From assembly GCA_012295275.1 (NCBI GenBank), contig CM022672.1:5518001-5582000 (forward strand): a DNA stretch of 64,000 bases, given 5' to 3'. The notes below the pieces were generated by a model. The model was not told where the DNA came from. It was given only the letters and a program-made list of their open reading frames with translations, and searched no databases. The DNA is from Chrysomallon squamiferum. Lineage: Eukaryota > Animalia > Mollusca. Below, piece by piece: positions 14,856 to 27,600 of the stretch (positions are counted from its first letter, which is position 1; each line of letters begins with the position of its first letter). Made by a program: the position numbers and the translations under genes.

Positions 14856-15611
14856 CTAAATGTTGCCTGCAGCAAAGTTGCTTATAATCTGGCAGACACT
14901 TGGAGTGAAGCCAGCAATGTCCAGCATATTGCGATCGTTGTTGTCTGCATGATGTACATGTCCTGAAGTCAGTCCACAGGTGACCAACCTATTACAACAC
15001 AATATCATCATCAAAGTCACACCAATAATATAAATAAAATAAAAATACTTTTCAGAAAAGGGATTTTCTTTTTTTTTAGACTGACAATGACAAAATTTTA
15101 TTTAACATTACACTAGATGAATTTAACTTGTAATAAAAATTGTTTCAATAAAATTATTTTCTTATTCTTTTTAAGCTGCTTATATGATTACACATTCTTG
15201 TTTATAGTAATGTATACTACATAATGAAAAAAATATATATAAAAAAAACTGGGTAGCTTAGAAAAAAAGGAATATGTCAATGACTGTCATTGACAGATTT
15301 CATCTAAGGTCACACGGAATCATAAATAATGGTAAAGAACCAGACAAAGGAATGGATTATTGTTGCAGTCTGTTACTAACTTTGCTTGAGGTAGATTCAT
15401 TTCTCTGCGATATTTTTGCATTGCACCAGCTGGTTGGTCCGTGGAATCTTTGCAGTCAGTCAGAATAACGAACACATCAAAAGAAAGCTTCTTACTTTCT
15501 GCCCAACGTATAGGAGCTGACAGGTCACTCACAATAGTCTGCGTCTGACAATAACAAAATAACATCTGTCCATATTTATTAAGTCAACTAATAAACTGAT
15601 TTAAAATAATG

Positions 15612-15644
<33 letters not shown>

Positions 15645-18600
15645 GCAATAATAACAATAATAATAATAATAATAATAATAATCAGTAACAATAATAATAG
15701 TAATAATATAACTAAATAATTATAACAACGATAACAGTAACAGAAGTAAAAACTTTAGAAGTTAAATTTTAATTTTTTTAATTTTATGGTTTTTTTGTTA
15801 GTAATGTTAATAATGTTAATCATTAATGATAGAGAAAATATGCTGCCAGTGTCATTCACAGAATCATTTATACAAATTTCCCCAAGAAAAAGAATTATAA
15901 TATATGTCCGATCACTTTTCACTATAAAGCTGCAGCAGCTGCCAGGTGAAATAAAGAGGAAAATATATAAATAATTTAATAAATTGGTTTACAGTTTAAA
16001 TTAAAATACAGTTTACACAAACACATAGCAGTTATTAAGAGAAACAATTTGTTTACATTTTTTTCTTAAATCATCATGGAAACATTAATGCATATATCCA
16101 GATGTTTAAGACTTGTTTTTAACAGAAATCAGCTCAATGGGTGAAATGATGAAAATTACAAATGGTGAGAAATAAAACCAGGCAACTGAACAATCTTTTC
16201 CACTAAAAATAACAATGGAGCAAACTGAGATGTCTTTGTTAAAAAATCATTCATTCAGTCATTCTTCTGAGATAAATCATACTCTGTAAACTGACAAACT
16301 GGATTTACCGAAGATGAGGCATCGGCAATTTCCTTGCAGATCTCGGTCACTTTCTGGTCTTTAGTCAGTGAAAGTGGTGTCACCTCTGACACAAAATACA
16401 CCAGTTGGCACTGAGGTTCCAAACTGACCATGATGTGAGCAAGTCCTGCAGCAGCGTATGTAGGGGTCAGAGCTTCAGTCCCACGCACAGAGGTGCCTCG
16501 ATGTGGCCCATGTGTTCGGGTGTGGTTCAAACCAAGTTTCACAGCTATCAGGAAGCTCTTGTTGGTCTTAGGCACGTTCTGTACATTTTTTGAATTAATA
16601 AATTACATAAAACATTTAACAAATAATACAAATAAAAAAATCTCAGAAATCGAATACGATCCATGTTATGGAAATTTTCATCATTTTGGAAATAAAAGAA
16701 TTTTAATTTATAATGTTTTGCAATGACATAAATGCCATCCCTAATTTATTCTAATTCATTATTTTTTAAACGATCTTAATCTGATAATTGGTATTTTCCC
16801 CAAAATATATTTAAACACAAAATACTTTCTTATTTTAAATCATTTATTAAAAGCTGCATTAAAACAGTACCAATCAAGCGTAACACTATTTCAATCATTT
16901 AAGCCAGGAACAGGTTCTAATCAGACTTTTTATTGTAATTGCTGCAAAAAGGTAAAACTGTTTTTAATTCTTTAATTATGAAAAACAATTCACCTCTTTA
17001 ACAGCAGAGACAACTGCTGAGCCCAGAGATTTCACAATTTCATCATTGCTCTTCAGTTTGTCCTTGTTCTTGTATATGTTGTGTTCATACAATCTAAGAG
17101 CCACCAACACCAACATGGGGTCAATTCTGAAGAAGAAAAAAAACAATCTTTTTAATTTTCAAGTATTATCGATGTTAGTCTAAAAGCCACTGACTAATAA
17201 AACTAGAACATTTCAAAATTATAATGCAGTTTTCTCATTTAAGAAATATTTTAGGCTAAACATCTTTATCAATATTTGAACAAAATATGAAAGTAATTGA
17301 CTGACAGGAAAAAAAAAAAAAAAAAAAAAAAAAAAAGAATATTAACAATAAAAATCATACCCTGATGATTTAATTTCATCAGAGTTGTTGAGTCTTGAAG
17401 CCACTGTAGCTGCTGCTTGGGTGCCGTTCTCCAGCAAACCAATACTGGTCATCTTACCAAAACTGTTCAACAGTTCCGGCAAAGGGAGATTACTCACTAG
17501 TGCAGTCCAAACCTAATATAGATATATATAATTCAAAATAAATGAAAAATATATTTCAGAGAATTAGATCAAAGGAAAAGAATGAGGTTAATGCCAAAAT
17601 GTAAGTAATCCTAGTGTAAAGTTTAATACAGAAACTAAATTCCTCATTCTTTGCATTAATAAATCATTCAATTTGATTACGATAAAATCTTGATAAAATT
17701 TTGCTTTAATTTGTTCTTTAACAAATATAAATTTCCTAACACACCTCCACTGATTTCAGCATCTTGGTGGGTACATGTTCCTTAGCGAGACTGTATTTCT
17801 CTACAAGTCTTGCTATTTGTTGTTCATCTGATGAGTGCTTTACAGTGTCAACAGCCTCAAGGTACTGGAAAATATCCTTAACCTCACTTGAAGAATCTTC
17901 CTCTGCCATCTGCCTAGCAGCCTCAATTCCTTTTGCTATGTATTTCAAAACAATGCCAACACCTACCAAATTGTATATAAAAAAAATATATACATACAGA
18001 TCATTTAAAAAAAAACAAAACATTTTGATTGTTACCAAATTGGTCAAATTTACTGTTAAATCATTTAAGTCAGTGATGTAGTTTGAGTCATGATTAAAAG
18101 TAGATCAGCAAATTTTAACACAAACTGTTTTGTACATAAAAATTAATAAACCCCTGTACAATCACATTCCTATTTACATGAAATTAACCTAACTTAAAGT
18201 GTTTTAGCTGACTAATACAAAACTGTTTAAAACAGAGAACAAAATACATCTGCTAAAAAAAAGATAATAACTGCTTTTAAGAGAGAGAGAGAGAAAAAAA
18301 TAATAATAACAATAATAATAGTAAAATGATTTTTTTTTACAAATTTAAAAAATAAAACAATAATAAGAATATCAGAACCTAATTTTGTACAATTTATTAG
18401 AAGTAGTTTTTAGGATAATTACACCACTGTAAATTATTACAGAGCTATACAGCAATAAAAAAAAAAAACACCTGGGTTGATGGCTACATAACTAATATTA
18501 ATATAATAAATTAAATTTACTATATAATTAACTATGTACTAGATAAAAATCTGGATTGATGGTTTTTAATAGAATTAAATAAATTAAAATCACTGTATAA

Positions 18601-19132
18601 CAAAATTACAATACACTAGACACAAACCTGGGTTGCTGGCTTTAATATGGCTCAGTCTGAAGAGATCAATATGCGACCAGCCTGCTGATGTTTTGAATCT
18701 CGTCGTCAACTCTGCTAGATCTTTGCCCTTTTTTGAGTTGTACCATGTGTGCACCATATTGCGCAGAGCTCTACCCCAGCCCTTCTGTGACTCTGCCACA
18801 CTCATGGCATATTGCACAAAGCCGAAAAGATCGCTGGGTAGAACACAGATCTCTAGGACAGCCTTGAACGCAGCTTGTTTTGTCTTCTGGCATTCTGTCC
18901 TGACGCACACAGCAAGTGTGATGAACATCCCAGTTCGGTTCACATATTTCTTCTCACTGTGGCACCTGACAACCTCTCGTACAACCTCCTCACCTTTACC
19001 ATCACCCAGCAGGTTCATCAGAAAGGCAGGTACTGGCCCCACCGGTGAACCACACACCTTTAAACACGAATCTGAACCGAAACACAGGAATCTCTGCAAT
19101 CTGTCCATGTCATTCATGTCACTGTTGCCCAT
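14856..19132 (-). CDS. RO60: Ro60/TROVE2-like protein (TROVE + vWFA), divergent, ~524 aa. Exons 19132-18628, 17962-17745, 17512-17361, 17126-16994, 16578-16309, 15544-15381, 14988-14856
   Basis: DMDRLQRFLCFGS, TKQAAFKAV, WGRALR, GWSHIDLFRLSH, EHVPTKMLKSVEVWTALV, FGKMT, DVFVILTD, DRNMLDIAGF. The seven exons sum to 1575 nt with consistent phases. Confidence 0.92.
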
Positions 19133-20388
19133 GGCGACTTATCACTTTGAAGGATGATGGTCTGATAACAACTCAGATTCAGTAGGGGGGTAAGGACTGT
19201 CGCTTTCTTCGAAATGGATTTCGGCTGCTAAGCTAGTGTTTGTGCATGTGGATCTCGTTTCACTGCAGGCTGATTGCAGAGTAAGAAATTCTGAAAAAAT
19301 TACAATTTTAAAAAAATGTTAAGATGACTGTACCTGAAAGAATACATTTTGACTACTGAAAATTTTTCCTTTGAAAATACACTACAATCTGATGATTTAT
19401 AAACTGACTATATATTTTTTTTACTGACAACTCAAAATAATTATTCAGGGGTAACATATGTAGTACCAATGGTTAAGTCCATTACCACCCCTCAGGTAAA
19501 CAGAATAAAAATATTAAAGATAATAAAATTTATTAGTTTATTAACATTTAATAGATTTACTCTCTGCAATATAAGATCATTTTGTGTAATCTGCACTTCA
19601 GTAAGTAAAATGGTGTCTCATTTGGAATAAGGTCATTAATTAAACTTTCTAGATGAATTTTAACTTGCAATTAATAATATGAACTATTTGAAGTCAATTA
19701 ATAATGCATTTCATTTTCAGTACAAAATTAACACATAATTTGAAAGTGACTGTTAATAAAGTTTATTAAGAACGTTTTTTAAAAGGCTATCTCACATAAT
19801 GTTATAAATATAATAAAAGGATAAATAATTTTAAATCAGAAATACTTTGTTAATATTTGGGCAAATTATAATCATCCATTTTGCAGAAATATAGGTACAG
19901 TGGTATGTTTTATGCTGTGGACTTTCACCGTTCTACCACTAAAGCTATTAATAATAACATTCACTGTATTAGTCAGCGCGAGGCACAATACATTTAATGA
20001 AATTTAATATTTACAGAAATTATCATTATTCAACGCTGCCACCAAGTTGACCCCAAACATTAAATTATTTATATAATGATTTTTGACAATGATATTAGTT
20101 AGTGTAAAAATAAAAAGTGTAGAAAATAAAACGTGATTCAATTAAATGATAACATCAACAAATGTTATTCAGTGAGTTAAATTACCATCTCTTTAACTAG
20201 TGTAAGTTTATCCTGGAGCTAAGTCGTTTAATTGTTAACCAAATCATTATTATCCTTCAAAATTCTGCCTATTCTTAATCCAAAAGTAACTCTAAAACAT
20301 TATTTGTAAATATCAGTTTTTAAAACTTTTTCAGATTTCCATCTTCAAAGCAAATATTATCATGCTTGAGTTAATCCAAGAAATCTTA

Positions 20389-20731
20389 CCAGCCCTTTCT
20401 CATGCTACCCCCATCTGTGCAAAACGTCATTAATTTACGCCGTGTGCTCCAAATTTCCGAAATATTCCGAATGCTCGTAGATTTTGTTTCTTGCTGAACA
20501 AACGAAAACTTCCGACGTATGTCGGATTTCCACGATTCATTAACAAGTTGGAAAGCTGCTTTTTCAATTAATTTTGTTAAAAAATGTTGTTAAGTTAACA
20601 GTTAAAATCTAATTTAATCGATTTTAATTTAGATTTTGTGTTATCGTATAAAAAGTCAAAAACGTATTACAAATTATTTTGTTTATACGAAACTCATACT
20701 TACAAGTCACATGATCTAATTTGGAGTGAAA
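20389..20731. promoter_or_regulatory. Probable bidirectional promoter between the Ro60 5' non-coding exon (donor ~20388, minus strand) and V-ATPase G
   Basis: Divergent gene starts within ~350 bp, locally CpG-retaining sequence, ACTTCCG near 20508 and M-box/E-box GTCACATGA at 20706-20714. Confidence 0.55.
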
Positions 20732-21429
20732 ATGGCGAGTCAAACCGCTGGCATTCAGCAGTTGTTAGCTGCCGAAAAACGTGCAGCAGAGAAAGTAGCC
20801 GAAGCAAGAAGACGTAAGAAAGTCATTGTCACTTGTATAATTATATAATGAAATTAAGATCAAATTAATTTATATTCATAATGTCTTATATCATAATGTA
20901 GTTTTAAACCAGTAAATACTTTTGATTTATGCACTCATGATCCGCACTGGTCGTAAATATTAATATACTATATAGACTTTAGAAAATATTGTTTTCTAAA
21001 ATGATTTTTGTTTTTTATCATGTGATTAAACCTAATAATTTTATTGTTATTCCAAATATTTTTTTGTATAAATAACTGAATCTATTAGTGTTAAACAACG
21101 ATGAACATAATGATTGATAATCAGATGATCATGATGATTCAGTATCATGACCACAAAGTGATTTGTGAACAATCATGATTGTAATGCAGGTCTGCTATAT
21201 ACATAATATTGTTAGTCATATATTAACATATATTAGCATTTTTGCCATCATATGGAAATCAATTATACCATTTTCAACAACATTATAATATGCTGTATTT
21301 GTCAAAAATTATTTAAAACAGATATGTAAACTTCAGGGACAATATGTACAGATAATGTCATAACCCAGAAATGTTCTGGATGGAAAAAATATGGCTGACA
21401 GGTGATAAAAAAAATTTCCCCAGCTCTGT

Positions 21430-21462
<33 letters not shown>

Positions 21463-22191
21463 ACGTGTACGTGTGCGTGTGTGTGCAGAATATTAAATTT
21501 AAATTTATATTTTATTATTAAATTTACAGGGAAAGCTAGTCGACTAAAGCAAGCTAAAAAGGAAGCTGATACAGAAATAAATGCATACAGGGCAGAGAGA
21601 GAAAGGCAATACAAGGAATATGAAGCCAGGGTATTTTATTTAAAATATTTTAATACGTAGCTGTATACTGCTTATAAGTGTGTGAATAGAGTTTGTGTAC
21701 AAACCTTAAACTAAATGATTGGAAGTCTTGCTGTTGTGTACGGAAAAGAAAAATTCAGCGTAAATATACATTGACAGCATTAGTAATACAGAAACTTATG
21801 TGAATGATCCTAAAATAATGTTTTAAAACTATTTCACTTTAAAAATTGGTTTAAGCAAATATAATGTAATTTTTAAAAATAGTTTTCATTGTATTGTGAT
21901 CAGTATACATAGCTTGAGAATCATAACAGTTTTTATTGGAGCTAAATACATTATTAGATGAAAAAATGAATTCAGACAAACATCATAAGTTTGTATCATT
22001 GCAATTTATATATATTTTTACAGGTTTTAGGTTCTCGAGGTGATATGGAAAGTAAGATTGAAGAGGGCACACGCAAGAATATTAATGAACTGAATGAGAA
22101 TGTACGTCGCAACAAAGAGAAGGCGATACGTCGATTGCTGGAAATTGTGTATGACATCCAACCTGAACTACACATCAACCTCCAGTTATAG
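20732..22191 (+). CDS. ATP6V1G: V-type proton ATPase subunit G. Exons 20732-20813, 21530-21630, 22024-22191
   Basis: [40 protein letters not shown]...VLGSRGD...[13 protein letters not shown]; canonical three-exon structure. Confidence 0.97.
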
Positions 22192-24685
22192 AGAACAGAA
22201 AACTATCTAAATTTAGTAATAAAAAATGATTTGATATATGGCATTATTCATATATTGTAGTCACTATAATGTATTTGGATTCAGTAACATCAAACATTTA
22301 ATTAAAAAAAAATAAAAAATTGATAAAATGTTTAGCATAATAAATATAATGCCTTTTATTGGTTTAGTAATTGGTTTGGATTTAGTGTATGTTAATTAAA
22401 ATAAAAAATAAATTTCATCTTCAACAAATGTTTGGCAGTAAAGTTAGATGATTGAATATGGAAACTTTTATAAAATATATGAGGCTGTTGGATGTCCTGT
22501 GATATTTTATTTTTATTTTTTGTGAGAAATGTGTAAGAACTAATTAGTCTTGAGAAAAAACAAAATGCTTCTTCATTTATCAACATTCACTGTTAATACT
22601 TCTTTATCATTTGGTAGATGTCTACTAATGAGTGCAAAATTGTTGTTTTGCCCCTGAAAAGAAAGGATTTCAAATATACGTTTTAAGATTATAAATGTGG
22701 GTTTATGGTCTGTCACCCAGGACATCTATTATTATAATATCAATAATAATAATAGAAAGTAATCTGTAATTATAGAGATTTATTTAACTAAATTTGCAGA
22801 TGTTTCAGAAAGTAAAATAAGTAATTTTAGAAACAAAATTAAAGGAAAATACTGAATATTGTTATTTCAGTTTAGTTTTGAAACTTTTTTTTTACTGGAC
22901 TAAATCATGCTAGAGACGTGTCACATTTGTTTTGCTGAAAGATTCAATAAATGTAGTAATACAATTACATCAGGATAGTTTCAGAATTTCAGAAAAATGT
23001 TTGACAATAAATAATACACTGTTAACACAATAGATTATTTTTAAAAAAATGAGGAAAAAAAGATGATCTGAAACGGTTTGCATTAAATGTATTCTCTCCA
23101 TCTGCATATAGTTTGGTAAAACTATCTCTGTCATTCCTTATTTCAGTTCATTGTGAGGCTGTTCTCATAATAATTGGTAATTTTATTCCCGAAATTGTTA
23201 CAGCCTTTTGTTATAAAAAAAGTTTCAGAATATGTAATAATAAATAACAAGAATTATTATTATTGTAATTTTTCTATCATTTTATCAAAGTGTGATAGAT
23301 AACAAAAATTTTGAAATAGTTGTAAAATAATTTTTAATTTTTTTTAAAAAGTTTGAAGATCTTTTCATCATGTCCATTAAAAAAAAAAAAAATCTTGTAA
23401 TAATGACTAAAAAATGGGAACAATAACATTCGTTCTGAAATGGAACCATGGATGTAAATATTCTGTTGTGTATGTTTGAATAGTATCATTAAATGTATCA
23501 GTAATAGGAAGATAATAAATTATTATTCAAGTCTGGGTTATTAGTGTTGTTCTTTTCTGTTGACAAAATTTACCTTTAGAGTAATGTTTATAGACATAAT
23601 GAGCTAGAGTTCATTAACCCCTTTGTGTTCCAGCCAGTGCCACAGATCTGATTATACAAATCAGGAAGCACTATCCAAAGACATTCTTTATTGAGAAACT
23701 GTCAATATGAACAAATCAAGGATATAATATGAGCTGGACAACCACACTGACTGGAAAATGCTTTAGAGAGAAAATCTTCATCATTCCAAAAATCTTTTAG
23801 AAAAAAAAAAAATTTCTCATGTGCAGTTTCTGTTTATTTTCCAAAACTGGTTTTATGTACCACTTTTCCTGTATCCTATGTCATTCATTCATGCAATCAT
23901 ATACATACATACATATTATTTTTTTGATGATAAACATTGTTCATTGACCATTTCCTTGTGATAAGCAAATATATCCACTCAATTTTATTGCCATTAATTG
24001 TGGTAATTGGATTTACTTCATGGTCTTAAACAGATTTGTACTACAAGTGGTGGTTGCACCCATAGTAAGTCCCAAGTATCGTATCAGCCCAGAAGCAGAA
24101 AATACCATTATGAGAATGTGAAATTTAATTATACAGTGAAAGGGTTAAAGGCAAATGGCTGTTTGTCCTGTCTGATAAAGGTTAAATAAAAGATCCCTTG
24201 CTGTTAATCAATAAAATGACAATTTGCAGAAACAATCAGGTTAAAACTTTTTATTCCATTAAATTTTTATCACCACCATTTTTCTTAATATGGTGGTCGA
24301 ATAAAATAATAAATAAAATATAAAAAAAACACCTTTTAAAGTTCTCCATAAGTGATGTATAAAGCTGATTTTTAATTATTTCTTCGTGGTTGGAACAATG
24401 GTATTTTAAAATTTCACCCGTGATTAAAAGGTTAATAAAAAATAATGTTAAAAGATTTACATGTTCATATCTTATAGCACATAATTATAAGAAAGTTTAA
24501 AAACAATAAAATGTTTTCATTTCATAAATTAACAATAACAAATGTTTTTAAAACATCACAGGAATCTAAAACATGATATAAAATTTGACATTTTGTCTTT
24601 TTAATAAATTAAAGTAAAAAATTCTCTTGCCACTGAAGGTAAAATTACAACAATTCAAGCGGAGAAGAGGATCATGGGATAAATG

Positions 24686-27600
24686 TTATTTTCTGTAGTT
24701 GTGTTTTCTTCTTGGTACAGGACTGGAGTTATCAGATGAGGAATATTTTGAGTTGTGTGAATCAAGCGATTTTCTTTTTTTCTCCATCTTCATCTTGTTC
24801 TGCAGAAACCTTCTCTGATGATCCAAAATTGGAAACAGGTCTGAAACAAACATATAAAGATGTCAGCTTACTGGAATATCAGTTATAAATACACTAACTT
24901 CCTAAATTAATAACTCTCTCTGTACAATTATATATATAAAAAAAACATTCTCCAATTAAACAAAAACAAATTTTTTTTGGTTTATATAAAATTGTTCTAT
25001 ATTGGAATGTTTTAAAAAGTCAAAGAAAGTCAAAACCTGAGATATTTAAAATATTCAGACCATTTTTCTGCATTATACATTAGAAAATGTTTCTATTTTT
25101 AATTTTAATTTTCAAAACATCTAAAGCTTCTAAGTTACATTACAGTTGTTTCTACCATCTTCCAGTCAAGTTTTTTAAAAATAAAATTGTTCTATATTTT
25201 GGAATGTTTTTTTAAAAGACAACAGTGTCATTCAAAGTCATCATACAAAACCTGTTTTATTTACTAAATATCTGAAAATTTATAAAATATTATACATTAG
25301 AAAATGTTAATCTATTTTCTCATAGATTTGTATATTTTCCAAAACAGCAGAAAAATATCTGAAGATACTGTACATTTGTAGATGCTGATCAACATTTTTA
25401 TTCAAAATTTAAAAGTTTCAGTTTTACCAAACCTGATACCAAAAACGTCTAAAATATTACTGTTAACTACTTTTTTTAATTTTGGAATGTTTTTAAATGT
25501 GTATGGTTTATTTTTATATGACATAGACAAACTGTCATTCAAACACATTTGTTGCAGCAGCCATTTCTTAAAAACAGGATGTTTATTGTATTGGCCTTAT
25601 AAACAGGATTGCCAGCCTGTCTCCTCGAAAATACACTGCTACCACATACATCCTTAAAAACAGGATGTTGGGCCCTGAGATTCAATTACCCTGAAAAAAA
25701 GATTTTTATATATTTACATTATCAGCAGAAAATTACTTGTGACAGTGCATTATTATTCATTTGTATACAGTTTTCTTACAAACATAACATTGTCAAAATT
25801 AGTAAAAGAATAGTTGTGATACCAAGAAATAGTCTAAATATATTCTGCATACTTCCACATTGTAACTTTTTACAAATAGGTGTGATGTATGTATATGTAC
25901 TTATATATGTATATGTGTATTATATATATAAACAGGACAAACAAACACACACACCAACACACATGCATGTATCTAATTTTGGCTTACTCAAAAACAGGAT
26001 GTTGATACACTGGTATTAACTTACTTATAAACAGGATTGTGATATACTGGTATTAACTTACTTATAAACAGGATTGTGACATACTGGCATTAACTTACTT
26101 ATAAACAGGATTGTGATATACTGGTATTAACTTACTTAAAAACAGGATTGTGATATACTGGTATTAACTTACTTAAAAACAGGATTGTGATATACTGGCA
26201 TTAACTTATTTATAAATAGGATTGTGATATACTGGTATTAACTTACTTAAAAACAGGATTGTGATATACTGGTATTAACTTACTTATAAACAGGATTCTG
26301 ATATACTGGTATTAACTTACTTATAAACTGGGATGTCGGGTTCTCCACCATCAAGTTCTCGCAGTGTTAGACAACACTGTTGTAGTTGTGATTTGGGGTC
26401 GTTCCAGTCTTGATTCATGATAAACATACGAAGACGAGGAAAGAAACAAACTTGACAGAAAACTCGACAGTAGTCCAAGTCCTTGTCCACAAACAAAGAA
26501 CCAAGGAAAGCTGAAATTAATAAACAAATACATAAAAAAAAAAAAAAAAAAAAAGTGATATTTTTATAGCAAAATTTCCATTAATGTTTAACAATAAAAA
26601 TCTAAAATATTAAACTCAGAGGAATAGTAACATTAAAATGAATACTTTAAACTGCTTGTGTGTACAAAATGGTAAGTTTTCATTCTTGATTTAAAACTGT
26701 TGAGAGTTTGCCTTACTCTAACTAATTATGGTAAAGTGTTCCAGATTCTAGGGGCATATAACAAGAAAGCCATTGATGTTTAACCATAACTCGGGTAAAG
26801 TCAACATAAACATTCATATTAAACAATAAAAATGTGTATTTTCTATCAGGTTTAAAGCACAATGTTTTTATATATGAATAATGATGATAATTGTGAGGCA
26901 TTGCTTCATGAAAAGAAGCTGTTGGTAATAAGTTAATTTATGGTTGTAAAAGTTTTTTAACAAATCATGAATATTTAAATTATAAAATTTGTTGAATTAG
27001 TGAACAATTATTTTCTGTTTAATATATGTTTATACACAGACAAAAGTGAAAAACAACCCCAAAACAATAGTAAGACTGAAAAATATGATTTTTTTTTATT
27101 GATTTGTTAATAAGAATAATAAATTAATGACTGATTGATTGAATGAATGAATGAATGAATGAATAAATATTTTAAATAAACAGGAAAAAACCAAGACCAA
27201 ATAAAACATTTTTAAAACCTTCCAAAAGATCAGCTTTTTCTTTAGTTTTCATCTCATTCTTGTCTCGGCCATTTCTGTCAAAAATCACATAGTCTGTCAT
27301 CATCAGATCATCACAAACAATGGCCTGAGTCCGATTATTCACTAGAGAACTTCGCAGTAGCTGTAAACATGAGTTTTAATAGAAAACTTTATAACAATAA
27401 TAAATAGTAATAGTCCTAACACAGAACTTTATAACAATAATAGTAAAATATCTGATATAAACATTTATAAAAATAATAAATAGTAATAGTCTTAACAGAG
27501 AATTTTATAATAATAATAGTGAAATGTGGAATAGGACATTTTAAAACAGTAATAAATAGTTATAGTCTTAACATAGAAATTTATAAACAGTAATGGTGAA

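Noticed and set aside
18633-19157. 174-aa plus-strand ORF, and alternative-frame ORFs at 40200-40919
   Set aside because: Antisense or alternative-frame shadows of real Ro60 and Drosha exons, with no recognisable motifs.
25983-26330. CRISPR-like appearance of regularly spaced 37-, 40- and 49-bp repeats
   Set aside because: Units are head-to-tail with no unique spacers, there are no cas genes, and the context is eukaryotic introns.
26401-26460. Suspected frameshift in Drosha at VCFFPRL
   Set aside because: Recounting gives TGT TTC TTT CCT CGT CTT, so the frame is intact.
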